Virus record (IMG/VR): IMGVR_UViG_3300030060_003029
DNA length: 64,000 nucleotides
Direction: 5' to 3' (one strand)
Origin: an uncultured virus (IMG/VR IMGVR_UViG_3300030060_003029)
Lineage: Duplodnaviria; Heunggongvirae; Uroviricota; Caudoviricetes; Crassvirales
The translations under genes were made by a program, and so were the position numbers. The notes beneath the pieces were generated by a model, which was not told the DNA's origin, ran no database searches, and was given only the letters and a program-made list of their open reading frames with translations. Each line of letters opens with the position of its first letter. The first letter of the stretch is position 1. Shown piece by piece: positions 1 to 8,487 of the stretch.

Positions 1-284
1 CCCATGGCTATTGTTTGCATTAATCCACCTAAAAAAAATTTTTTTGAATCTTTATTTTTCTTATATCTAGAAACTCTACCTTTAGTGTCTTTTTCCATTT
101 TTGCTCTTCTTTTTTCCCCTTTACTTAATTCTGACCAAGTTGCTGGGGTGTCTTTAGTTATTTTTTTTGTTGGTCTAAAAGTGTTCTCTCCACCTTTGTA
201 GTCTTTCTTACCACGTGGCGTTCTCCAGTCCTCTTTGAACCACCTTTTTAATCTAAGTCCAGCTTTTGTTTTTCTTACAGCCAT
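1..284 (-). CDS. 5' part of a junction-spanning basic protein (MAVRKTKAGLRLKRWFKEDW...), ~242 aa in total, ending at 63160; not in the ORF track
   Basis: ATG at 284-282 overlaps the TAA of the upstream gene (TAATG). The frame stays open to position 1 and continues in frame from 63604 to the stop at 63160. Confidence 0.85.
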   Translation of the reverse strand, partial: MAVRKTKAGLRLKRWFKEDWRTPRGKKDYKGGENTFRPTKKITKDTPATWSELSKGEKRRAKMEKDTKGRVSRYKKNKDSKKFFLGGLMQTIAM

Positions 285-485
285 TACTTTTTCTTTTTAC
301 CTCCTTCGCCCCAGTTAGCAGCTCCTACTTTTCTACACTTAGCCATAGCACCACTTCTATAAGCAGAGGTCTTAGGGCCATATCTTGAAACAACTTTATG
401 ATAACAAGCATCTTTTGTTGTGCCACCACTAACATACTTCCTCTTAGCCATCTTAGAATCTTGCTTGGGATTATGTTTTTTCTGA
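1..485. repeat. Terminal overlap, left copy (circular assembly; matches 63605-64000)
   Basis: 1-199 aligns to 63605-63803 and 299-485 aligns to 63814-64000. The first 77 nt are identical and I counted 13 substitutions in the rest. Confidence 0.95.
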
Positions 486-946
486 ACAGGGAACGTAGCC
501 TTCAAACTAGCTCCTTCATGCTTTTTGAATGGCTTATTGCCATGCTCCATTAATTTATATTTACCACTACCCTTCTTCATGAAGTGGAATCCCTTAGGTG
601 CACTAACGCCACCTTTTTCATATTGTCTAACAGGGCTTTTCTTATTGGCTTTCACCATACATCCATCATCACAGTTCCATTTTCTTAGAGACTTGTTTAT
701 TCTTGAATTTGGATCATTAGCTGTTTTTGCACTAGTTCTTCTTTTTTTCATACCTTTCATTCTAGCACAAAATGATTTACGTCTTTTAGCAGACTTACTT
801 CCTTTTTTTAATTTAGAGGGCTTAGTGGTTACAGCCATTGATAGTTTACTTCCAGGATTAGCTCTCCTATAGGAAGCTATACCCTTCCTGTTAAGACCAC
901 CTGATTCACTTTTACCTTCTTTTCTTGTCCAAGCTGCTGTTGACAT
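284..946 (-). CDS. Lys/Arg-rich modular protein; N-terminal DUF6321-like module (RRKSFCARM...SLRKWNC) followed by two further small basic modules
   Basis: Modules resemble small proteins common in aquatic phages and are separated by YEKGG / YVSGG motifs. Confidence 0.75.
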   Translation of the reverse strand: MSTAAWTRKEGKSESGGLNRKGIASYRRANPGSKLSMAVTTKPSKLKKGSKSAKRRKSFCARMKGMKKRRTSAKTANDPNSRINKSLRKWNCDDGCMVKANKKSPVRQYEKGGVSAPKGFHFMKKGSGKYKLMEHGNKPFKKHEGASLKATFPVQKKHNPKQDSKMAKRKYVSGGTTKDACYHKVVSRYGPKTSAYRSGAMAKCRKVGAANWGEGGKKKK

Positions 947-950
947 TTAT

Positions 951-1163
951 TTATTTTTTAGCGAATTTCTCTACACCACTGATTCCAAAACAACCCAACA
1001 CACACCATACAAAGCTGTCGTAGACAAATTCATTGATTACTAAATCTTTACCAACCCACCCAGTAAGTAGATCAGCTATCATTATCAATACCATAATTGC
1101 AAATGCAACAAATCCTATTATAGATTTTTCATTCCAATTATTATCATCTTTAAATATATTCAT
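951..1163 (-). CDS. Small two-TM membrane protein (holin-like)
   Basis: 70 aa, two hydrophobic helices, basic C-terminus. Confidence 0.65.
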   Translation of the reverse strand: MNIFKDDNNWNEKSIIGFVAFAIMVLIMIADLLTGWVGKDLVINEFVYDSFVWCVLGCFGISGVEKFAKK

Positions 1164-1174
1164 AATTATAATTT

Positions 1175-1591
1175 TTAATCTGCAAAAGGAACATCCTCAT
1201 TTAAATCAGTAGATTCCTTTTTTTCTTTTTTCTTAATCTTTTTTCCACCATTATATTCAACTGCATGACCCTCTTCAACTAAAGTTTCATTAACATTGAT
1301 TGGTAAATCTAAATTATCAGGGTGAATAATTAAAACACCTAACACTCTACCATACTTACCCACCTCTTTGCTCTCTACAACCAAACTTCCCTGATCTAGT
1401 ATTTCAGTTAACCTATACTTAGCAGCCAATCCCCTTTTCTTCTCTTCTAAGTCTCTAGTTCTACTCTCAGGTGTGTCTATACCTGCTAACCTAACTCTTT
1501 TGTGAACTGTTATATCGAAACCTAGATCTATATGAACATCTATAGTATCTCCATCAACAACCCTATCTAATTTAGCTTTATAAGTATACAT
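1175..1591 (-). CDS. Staphylococcal nuclease (thermonuclease) family protein
   Basis: VVDGDT, RVRLAGIDTPE, GKYGRVLG and NETLVEEGHA motifs. Confidence 0.9.
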   Translation of the reverse strand: MYTYKAKLDRVVDGDTIDVHIDLGFDITVHKRVRLAGIDTPESRTRDLEEKKRGLAAKYRLTEILDQGSLVVESKEVGKYGRVLGVLIIHPDNLDLPINVNETLVEEGHAVEYNGGKKIKKKEKKESTDLNEDVPFAD

Positions 1592-2406
1592 TAATTCATT
1601 ATATATTTTATCTTACCATCTTGTATGTATATACTTTCTGGTCTTCGTATTGGTTGACCTAGAATGTTATACATACCACCATCGTTCTTTGATTTTTCAA
1701 TTATTTCCCCCATTGAAGAGTTACATGGCATACCTGTATCGCAATCAATATATTCTGTTTGTATAACTTCAATATAATCTATTACAGTGTCAACAACAAA
1801 TATTTCTACATATTCTGTCTCTATTATTGTATCATATACAACAACTTCCACTTCTTCAATCACATCTACATATAAAGTGTCTAATGCTCCTTCCATCCAT
1901 AATGTGTCAGTTACATATATATATTCAGGAACTAAAACCTCAACCTCGAATGTGTCTACAACTATTTGAGTTATATACTCTGTTTCTATTATAGTGTCTA
2001 ATTGTATTATAGTTTCATATATATAAAAAGGAACCTCCACTTCTTCTATAACAGTAACAGTATCAGTTTCATATATATACTCTGTTATGTACTCTGTTAT
2101 GTATTCTATTACAGGTACATCTACATATACAGTGTCGCATTCTACTACTGGTGGAGCACATTCCTCTGGGGAAGTTGGTACAGCACCATCTTCATCAGAA
2201 GCATCAACACAATCTATATAATTGTCATTAATCCATGATGGTATTACGCATCCATCAGGAGAATACTGAGTCCAATTAGATGGATCATCACCACAATAAA
2301 AACCACCTGAGGCAGCACAATCTAAACACAATTGTTGGAAGTCATATTCCTGACCTTTTAAAAACCAACTTAACAACGCAAATAAAACAATAATATACTT
2401 TCTCAT
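1591..2406 (-). CDS. Secreted acidic protein: signal peptide, LDL-receptor-class-A-like motif, DT-V/I repeats, T9SS-type C-terminal sorting tail
   Basis: Hydrophobic N-terminus; CVIPSWINDNYIDCVDASDE; C-terminal YNILGQPI...IYIQDGKIKYI. Confidence 0.7.
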   Translation of the reverse strand: MRKYIIVLFALLSWFLKGQEYDFQQLCLDCAASGGFYCGDDPSNWTQYSPDGCVIPSWINDNYIDCVDASDEDGAVPTSPEECAPPVVECDTVYVDVPVIEYITEYITEYIYETDTVTVIEEVEVPFYIYETIIQLDTIIETEYITQIVVDTFEVEVLVPEYIYVTDTLWMEGALDTLYVDVIEEVEVVVYDTIIETEYVEIFVVDTVIDYIEVIQTEYIDCDTGMPCNSSMGEIIEKSKNDGGMYNILGQPIRRPESIYIQDGKIKYIMN

Positions 2407-2408
2407 AA

Positions 2409-3437
2409 CTAAAATATTAAATAATTAAAACCAAACTTCACTTCGTATACTGGCTTCATCCAGTATCTCATATGAGTTCCCTCTACAAATAATCCCAAAT
2501 GTTTAGTTAGTCTAGAACCAAGAACCATGCCTGCATCCCACTCAATGTTATCCCAATCTTCTATGCCATACTCAAAAGAATAGTCATCTAAACCATAATG
2601 GAAAGGCATACAATTAAACCACATATGTGCCCACATTCTATCTGTATATCTATAGTAAGACAAACCAATAACAGCACTTATTTGTTTCTGCATACCAAGC
2701 TTGTCTAATTCTCTTTCATTAAATGATGCTACTGCATCACCAAAGTAATGTTTATAAAACTCATCGTTAGATGTAGCTATCAATTCTTCGCCATCAAACC
2801 AATGCCATCTACCATTAACAAACTCAGTGGAATATCCAAACTCACTTGCTAACTGAGCAAAAGATTGTTCTCCTGGTACCCAAAAGTCTTCTATAGGGTT
2901 TATTCCATATGGATCATGTATTCTAAAAACACCACCCAATGTTATGTCCCAATTTCCTTTAGCTAATCTAAACCTAGTATCGAAAGAATTGTATCTTAAA
3001 TCTACTCTTTGGTTGTCTTTATATTGGACCTTGGTAACGCACCAATTTCCAAGGTATCTAAGCCAGAAATTCTGCTCAGTATATTTATCGCCACGATTAC
3101 GTATAAATGAATAATTAAATAGATACTCCCAACCAACAGCATTACCAATAGTAACATTGTCTGCAACAGCTTTTTCAGTCCCATAATACCATGTCTTAAC
3201 TTTGTACTCATAATCAAATCTTGCTATTTTTCTTAAACCTATTGTTAAATTGTAGTCATAGGGGTTAATTTCAGTTACGTTCTCATAACCTCTATTTACA
3301 GCCATATAATCCTCATCCTCTGTGAAAGGAGTACTCATTGTCATTGACGTGTATATAGTAGAGTATTTAAAAAAATCTCGAATTTGTGCTTGTGCACAAA
3401 TATTAATTAAGAGAAACAGTATTATTATCTTTTTCAT
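2409..3437 (-). CDS. Putative outer-membrane beta-barrel protein
   Basis: Sec signal peptide (AQA), alternating aromatic beta strands, C-terminal FGFNYLIF resembling a BAM signal. Confidence 0.7.
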   Translation of the reverse strand: MKKIIILFLLINICAQAQIRDFFKYSTIYTSMTMSTPFTEDEDYMAVNRGYENVTEINPYDYNLTIGLRKIARFDYEYKVKTWYYGTEKAVADNVTIGNAVGWEYLFNYSFIRNRGDKYTEQNFWLRYLGNWCVTKVQYKDNQRVDLRYNSFDTRFRLAKGNWDITLGGVFRIHDPYGINPIEDFWVPGEQSFAQLASEFGYSTEFVNGRWHWFDGEELIATSNDEFYKHYFGDAVASFNERELDKLGMQKQISAVIGLSYYRYTDRMWAHMWFNCMPFHYGLDDYSFEYGIEDWDNIEWDAGMVLGSRLTKHLGLFVEGTHMRYWMKPVYEVKFGFNYLIF

Positions 3438-3455
3438 TGTTTTTTATTTTATCTG

Positions 3456-3463
3456 TAAATATA
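3456..3463 (-). promoter_or_regulatory. Bacteroidota-type -7 promoter element variant (TATATTTA)
   Basis: Lies 19 nt upstream of the ATG at 3437; variant of the TATATTTG seen at other operon starts. Confidence 0.55.
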
Positions 3464-3483
3464 CGAATTTTTAACTAAATTAA

Positions 3484-4068
3484 TTAATCAACACCTATTA
3501 CTTTTGCTATACTGGCTGTGGCCACCCCTTTAACTTTAGCAATACTTCCTGACGCAACATTATTAACCTCATGTCCATATCCTGTTGAATATGTTACCTC
3601 AACCCAGGCCTTAACTACTGTAGCTTGACTAACACTAGGTGGATCTTCTGGTGTTGTATCTATTTCTAATCTTAATCCATCTAGATCACTATCTGTCCAT
3701 GCTGATGAACCATCTGATGTTGTCCTTGCTGTACCATAATGATCTTGAGCTACGTAACCATTGAAGTTTAGTGTTACGTTTTCAGCGTATAAAGCTGTAC
3801 CTGAGCCACTTAGTATTCTAACTCGTATATCAGTATCACCACCTCTTGTGAGATATGTATATCCACTAACAGCAAATCTTATGCTATTTATAGTTCTACC
3901 AGTACCATTAAAATCATCTAATGTTAAAACACAAGAATCATTTTGATCTGGTGTTCTTATGTGAGTGGTTGTGCTACTATCTGATAATGCACCATGAGCT
4001 GTGCTACCAGATAGAGTAGGCCAGTTATTACTTGATGTTCCATCTGGGTTTAAATTAACTGTTGGCAT
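3484..4068 (-). CDS. Putative virion/tail-fibre-associated beta-sandwich protein
   Basis: Thr/Ser/Gly-rich; C-terminal IAKVKGVATASIAKVIGV repeat typical of fibre-associated proteins; lies in the fibre cluster. Confidence 0.55.
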   Translation of the reverse strand: MPTVNLNPDGTSSNNWPTLSGSTAHGALSDSSTTTHIRTPDQNDSCVLTLDDFNGTGRTINSIRFAVSGYTYLTRGGDTDIRVRILSGSGTALYAENVTLNFNGYVAQDHYGTARTTSDGSSAWTDSDLDGLRLEIDTTPEDPPSVSQATVVKAWVEVTYSTGYGHEVNNVASGSIAKVKGVATASIAKVIGVD

Positions 4069-4606
4069 ATGGATAAAAACCTTTAGTTAAAAACTGTCTA
4101 TATTTTGTACCATTTAATGAATACTCAATTGACTCTCCAAAATTATCACCAGTGGCTATACATGCGTTAAATGCGTATAGTTGATTTGATGGTAATATAT
4201 TGCTCATATTATTAAAATGATTATCATCATCATTAGATGTTACAGGTTCTCTATCGTCATATACTAAATCAAATGTTTCACTAGTGTTATAATCCCAACT
4301 AAATATATTAAGTATCTCTATATTTGTATTGTAGCTGTTTTTCCAACTTAACGCAGCTTGATAAACCTCCTTATTAGGTTCTAATATAACGTGTCTTGTA
4401 ACTCCTTTTCTTTGAAACTCTGTCGCTGTCCAACCTTTACCAAACCCAAACTCTAATACAGAACTTGGATTTACTTTATTGCAAAGAAGTTCAACTCCTT
4501 TAACTAAAAACTCTTCTTCGTTTTTATATAATATGTTTTTCCCATCTATCTGGTAATCAGTGCTTGTTTCTGTAAAAGCTCCATCTATCCATTCTTGTAA
4601 TCCCAT
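4055..4606 (-). CDS. Class I SAM-dependent methyltransferase, GAMT/Rmt2-like
   Basis: Motif I VLEFGFGKG, HVILEPNKEVY, FDLVYDD. Confidence 0.8.
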   Translation of the reverse strand: MGLQEWIDGAFTETSTDYQIDGKNILYKNEEEFLVKGVELLCNKVNPSSVLEFGFGKGWTATEFQRKGVTRHVILEPNKEVYQAALSWKNSYNTNIEILNIFSWDYNTSETFDLVYDDREPVTSNDDDNHFNNMSNILPSNQLYAFNACIATGDNFGESIEYSLNGTKYRQFLTKGFYPYANS

Positions 4607-4620
4607 ACCACCCTCTTAAT

Positions 4621-6222
4621 TTAAGCTGTTACCACTACCCATGTGTTATCTGGGCAAAACCATATTTCATCATCATTACCCATCTTATAACCTATTACTC
4701 TTACCACTTCATTATTACCATCAGGAGCTTCTATATCTGCATCTCCTGCTGATGTGTCTGATAAATATACTGGGTCTCCAAAATTATCATCTGAAGTATT
4801 GTGGTCTAAGGTAACCATACCTCTTAATAACATACCATCTGTGGCAGGATCTGTTCCTAAACATATTGCAAGTAAACTAGTTGATGTACTTTCAGCATTT
4901 GCTTGAGCTCTAAACCAAGTTGCGTTATTACTTCCATCTTTTCCTAAATAACATATATCTCCCTGGCTAACACTTCCATCTGCAGCCCCAAAGTAAACAA
5001 CATCTCCATCATGATCGTGATGAGAAGATGATGATGTTACAGTCATTTTACGCCTTTTTATAGACGTGTAATTGTGGTGGTCAGTTCCTGATGTTAAAGT
5101 TATATTACCATCAGCACTTAGTGTGATGTGACCAGTTGCATCATCAGAAAAAGTGGTCACATTACACACCCCTCCAGCTCCAGTTCTAATAGTAACATAT
5201 TCACTATCATCAGCATCGTTTATCATTTTAATGTCTTGATTAGTATCCCCTCCACCAACTCTAGTAACAATACCAGTTGCTGTGTTTGTTCCAACACCAG
5301 TGTTTACAAAATCACAATGAATGTCCAATCCAGTAAGAGTTGAGTCCCCAATATTTGTGGCATTATCATCCATTCTAATTTCAGCACCAATAGAAGTTAG
5401 TGATTGACCAACAGCTACTGGGCTAGTATTTGGTCTATTGTACTGAACCTTCATTATACCATTACCACCCCTATTTTGAGTTGATGTCGCAGTATCTGTT
5501 ATATTTAATTCAATGTGTCCAGAAGCTCTCTCGTATGTTGAGTCTGTAATTTTTATAGCATTACCAGTTGATACAGCACTAGCATCAATAGCTATCATTT
5601 GACCAGTGGTTGCTGATCCATCTATAGATATTGTGCTATGATTAACTATTGTTCCATCACCACCATCAGCAAGTATATCTCCAGAAGAACCATCAACACC
5701 AACTGGATGTAAGTCAGTTACAGATAAAACTCCACTACTAGCAGACAAACCTGTGGAAGCTGCAGTTCCTGCGAATAAGGTTGCTACATCATTAATGCTT
5801 CCTTTGGCGTGTGTTCCTGAAGCACCACCATCTAAGAATATGATGTTATCTCCAGCAGCGATAGTAGCAGCAGCAGCCTCAGTTAAATCTACATTAAATG
5901 TTGTTGTTGATAAATCCAAAAGTGTTCCAGCAGAATAAGTTGTATCAGACAGAGATACTGTTCCACTTGCATCTGGAAGAAGAATTGATCTATCTGCTGT
6001 TGGGTTTGTTACTGCGAGAGTTGTTTCATGGTCATCTACGCCACTGCCTTCAAATGTTAATCCACCATCAGTTAAGTTTAGGGTGTTCGCAGTTAATCCT
6101 GTAGTTGAGGTATATAGATTATTAACATGAAGTGTATTGAAATATCCTTTATCCCAATATTTTGAAGATGAACCTATCTGCCCATCATTATTAGTTCTGG
6201 GTGTAATTGTTTTCGTACCCAT
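4621..6222 (-). CDS. Tail fibre / virion structural protein
   Basis: 533 aa Gly/Thr/Ser/Asp-rich; NPTADRSILLPDASGTV fibre motif; C-terminal GMLLRG...VRVIGY...IWFCPDNTW domain. Confidence 0.75.
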   Translation of the reverse strand: MGTKTITPRTNNDGQIGSSSKYWDKGYFNTLHVNNLYTSTTGLTANTLNLTDGGLTFEGSGVDDHETTLAVTNPTADRSILLPDASGTVSLSDTTYSAGTLLDLSTTTFNVDLTEAAAATIAAGDNIIFLDGGASGTHAKGSINDVATLFAGTAASTGLSASSGVLSVTDLHPVGVDGSSGDILADGGDGTIVNHSTISIDGSATTGQMIAIDASAVSTGNAIKITDSTYERASGHIELNITDTATSTQNRGGNGIMKVQYNRPNTSPVAVGQSLTSIGAEIRMDDNATNIGDSTLTGLDIHCDFVNTGVGTNTATGIVTRVGGGDTNQDIKMINDADDSEYVTIRTGAGGVCNVTTFSDDATGHITLSADGNITLTSGTDHHNYTSIKRRKMTVTSSSSHHDHDGDVVYFGAADGSVSQGDICYLGKDGSNNATWFRAQANAESTSTSLLAICLGTDPATDGMLLRGMVTLDHNTSDDNFGDPVYLSDTSAGDADIEAPDGNNEVVRVIGYKMGNDDEIWFCPDNTWVVVTA

Positions 6223-6234
6223 ATGTTATGAATT

Positions 6235-6780
6235 TTAAGATTCAAATGTAAACCTAAACTTTAAGCCTGAAGCTGAATATGTTTTTGTTGCTGTTCCTAC
6301 TGCCATAACATAAACAGAGCCTGGATTCGCTGTACCAGCCTCAACTTGAGCTTGAGTAGCTTCATGTGAGTGCATAACGTGTGCAAAAGAATTACTAGCT
6401 GTACTGAGTTTTGGAGTGGTGTAAACCCTCCCATTTGTAAAATCCCAATCATTCATGTTACCTATATTTAATAAACAATAAGTAAGGGGCTTTAAAGTTG
6501 AAACCTCAGCATCAGTCATGTTGACTATAGTAGAGGCAGCTCCCAATGCTCCAGTTACTGTAGCATCTGCATCTTTTGTTTGGGCGAAATATAAATCAAT
6601 ACTAGCATCAGCATCATCAAAGTTAACCACTTGAATTGCTTTTAAAAAAGATGTACCACCTCTTGGGCAAGCATTTGGTATTTCTGTCCATAGAAATATA
6701 TTATCACCATCATCTAACGACCCTGCATAGCAGGTTGGTTGAACTGTAACTGTCCAGTATCTACTTTTTTGTCCTAACAT
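6235..6780 (-). CDS. Putative virion structural protein
   Basis: First gene of the minus-strand operon; beta-rich composition. Confidence 0.5.
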   Translation of the reverse strand: MLGQKSRYWTVTVQPTCYAGSLDDGDNIFLWTEIPNACPRGGTSFLKAIQVVNFDDADASIDLYFAQTKDADATVTGALGAASTIVNMTDAEVSTLKPLTYCLLNIGNMNDWDFTNGRVYTTPKLSTASNSFAHVMHSHEATQAQVEAGTANPGSVYVMAVGTATKTYSASGLKFRFTFES

Positions 6781-6815
6781 TTTTTATAATTTTACGATTA
6801 TCAATTAATTATTGT

Positions 6816-6844
6816 CAAATATAAGAAATAATTATTTATATTTG
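6816..6844. promoter_or_regulatory. Back-to-back divergent promoters (TATATTTG on - at 6816-6823 and on + at 6837-6844)
   Basis: Two perfect TAnnTTTG elements in the 82-bp gap between divergent operons. Confidence 0.8.
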
Positions 6845-6862
6845 TAATTATATTTTAATTAA

Positions 6863-7186
6863 ATGAAGGAAAAAAACTATTTAAAGTATTACAGAGATAC
6901 TCTGTTTTACTTTAGAGACAACTATAATCTGAAGATTTCAGATGTAGAATTTTTGTTCTTTGTGTACGACTTAAAGTATTTCACAGGCACTGACATATCT
7001 AAAGGATATAAGTGCTCAATGACTTTTTTGACTAGAAATATGCCAGATTTGCTAAAAAAAGGTTATCTTGCGATCTACCAAGAGAGAGCTAGGCACAGAG
7101 CTAGGAAATATATGATTTCTCACAAGGGTAAAATAATGATAACTAGGTTCTATAATATATTAGAACAAAAGGAAGCGAAAATATAA
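6863..7186 (+). CDS. MarR-like winged-helix DNA-binding protein
   Basis: LKISDVEFLFFVY, LLKKGYL and YMISHKGK match the wHTH pattern. Confidence 0.65.
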   Translation: MKEKNYLKYYRDTLFYFRDNYNLKISDVEFLFFVYDLKYFTGTDISKGYKCSMTFLTRNMPDLLKKGYLAIYQERARHRARKYMISHKGKIMITRFYNILEQKEAKI

Positions 7187-7190
7187 AAAA

Positions 7191-8483
7191 ATGCCAAGAG
7201 TAGGAAAAAAGAAATTCCCATATACCAAGAAGGGTATAGCACAAGCAAAAGCTTATGCTAAGAAAAACGATTTACCAATAATTTATACTGAAGATACTAA
7301 GTCAGGGATAGCTATACCTAGTTATGCTGAAGGTGGTGGAGTAAGATATTACGAATCTCAAAGAGCAGGGGCTAGTGTCACTCCATATATGCCAGGTGGT
7401 GAAGGAGGATCTGGTGGAATGGCAGCAGGTGCTGCACTAGGATCAGCTCTAGCATCAAAAAAGGGATCTCCTGAGGAAGGAGAATATACTGCTCCAAAGG
7501 GTTCATGTCCAGAGGGACAAGCTATGGATGCTGCTGGTAATTGTTTTGATGTTGACAAATATAAAACAGATGATGACGATAATGAAGGAGATAAAGTGTC
7601 AGACTTCAACCCACAAGTTGACCCAGAAACTGGTATAGGTTCAGACCATGTGCCTGAAGGTGATGAGCCACCTGAAGGTGGGGATGGTAAAGATAGAGGA
7701 GGTGTTAGTGAAGAACATGATAGACAAAGAGGTACCACAAGGTCTTATGATGAAGAGGGGAATATGACTCGTACAAATAAGCAAGGAAATGTTGTTGGTG
7801 GTACTAAAGAGCAAAGAATAGCAAGAAATAGGACATACGCTAAAGATGGACAACCAATAACAAAAGATGAATTTGATAAATATAAATCTATCCACGAACA
7901 ACAAAGTGCTGGAGCAGGTGGTGATCGTAGTAAGGCAGGTTTTTATAAGGATGGCAAGCCAATAACAGAAGATGAATATGGTTCAATGTCAGCTGTCCAG
8001 AAACGACAAAATGTGTCAATTACGAAGCCAAGAGGTGAAGGAGGTGGGGATCCATCACAACCAGTAACTGCTCAAGCAAATAGAAAAACTGAAAGAGAGC
8101 AAACTCCAATTAGTTTAAAAGAAAAAAAAGTTTCTAGCATAGGTGGTGGAGATAAAGGTGATAAGGGTCTTGGTGCATTAGCTAAAAACATAAAGAAAGA
8201 TGGTGGTGGTTCTGGAGAAGGACTTGCTAGCAAATTAAAAGGAGATGGAGATGGGATTTTAAAAGGAGATGGAGATGGGCCTTTAGCTAACTTAGGTAAA
8301 GGTGATGGAGATGGGCCTTTAGCTAACTTAGGTAAAGATGCTAAAAAAGGTGCTATAGTTAGGCCTAAAAGAAAAAGTAAGAAAATAAAGTACAAACATG
8401 GTGGAAAAGTTAGGGCTAATAAGAAGGGTGTTGCCATTATAATAGCTATAGGTAGACCAAAAGTTAACAGAAAAAAAAGATAA
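7191..8483 (+). CDS. Low-complexity Gly/Lys/acidic protein with GG motifs
   Basis: Long ORF in operon; basic N-terminal module MPRVGKKKFPYTKKG; YAEGG and YKHGG motifs. Confidence 0.75.
   Translation: MPRVGKKKFPYTKKGIAQAKAYAKKNDLPIIYTEDTKSGIAIPSYAEGGGVRYYESQRAGASVTPYMPGGEGGSGGMAAGAALGSALASKKGSPEEGEYTAPKGSCPEGQAMDAAGNCFDVDKYKTDDDDNEGDKVSDFNPQVDPETGIGSDHVPEGDEPPEGGDGKDRGGVSEEHDRQRGTTRSYDEEGNMTRTNKQGNVVGGTKEQRIARNRTYAKDGQPITKDEFDKYKSIHEQQSAGAGGDRSKAGFYKDGKPITEDEYGSMSAVQKRQNVSITKPRGEGGGDPSQPVTAQANRKTEREQTPISLKEKKVSSIGGGDKGDKGLGALAKNIKKDGGGSGEGLASKLKGDGDGILKGDGDGPLANLGKGDGDGPLANLGKDAKKGAIVRPKRKSKKIKYKHGGKVRANKKGVAIIIAIGRPKVNRKKR
8238..8337 (+). repeat. Intragenic tandem repeat encoding KGDGDG(PLANLG), 36-nt unit
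   Basis: Two near-identical 36-nt units starting at 8262 and 8298, plus a partial unit at 8238. Confidence 0.9.
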
Positions 8484-8487
8484 AAAA

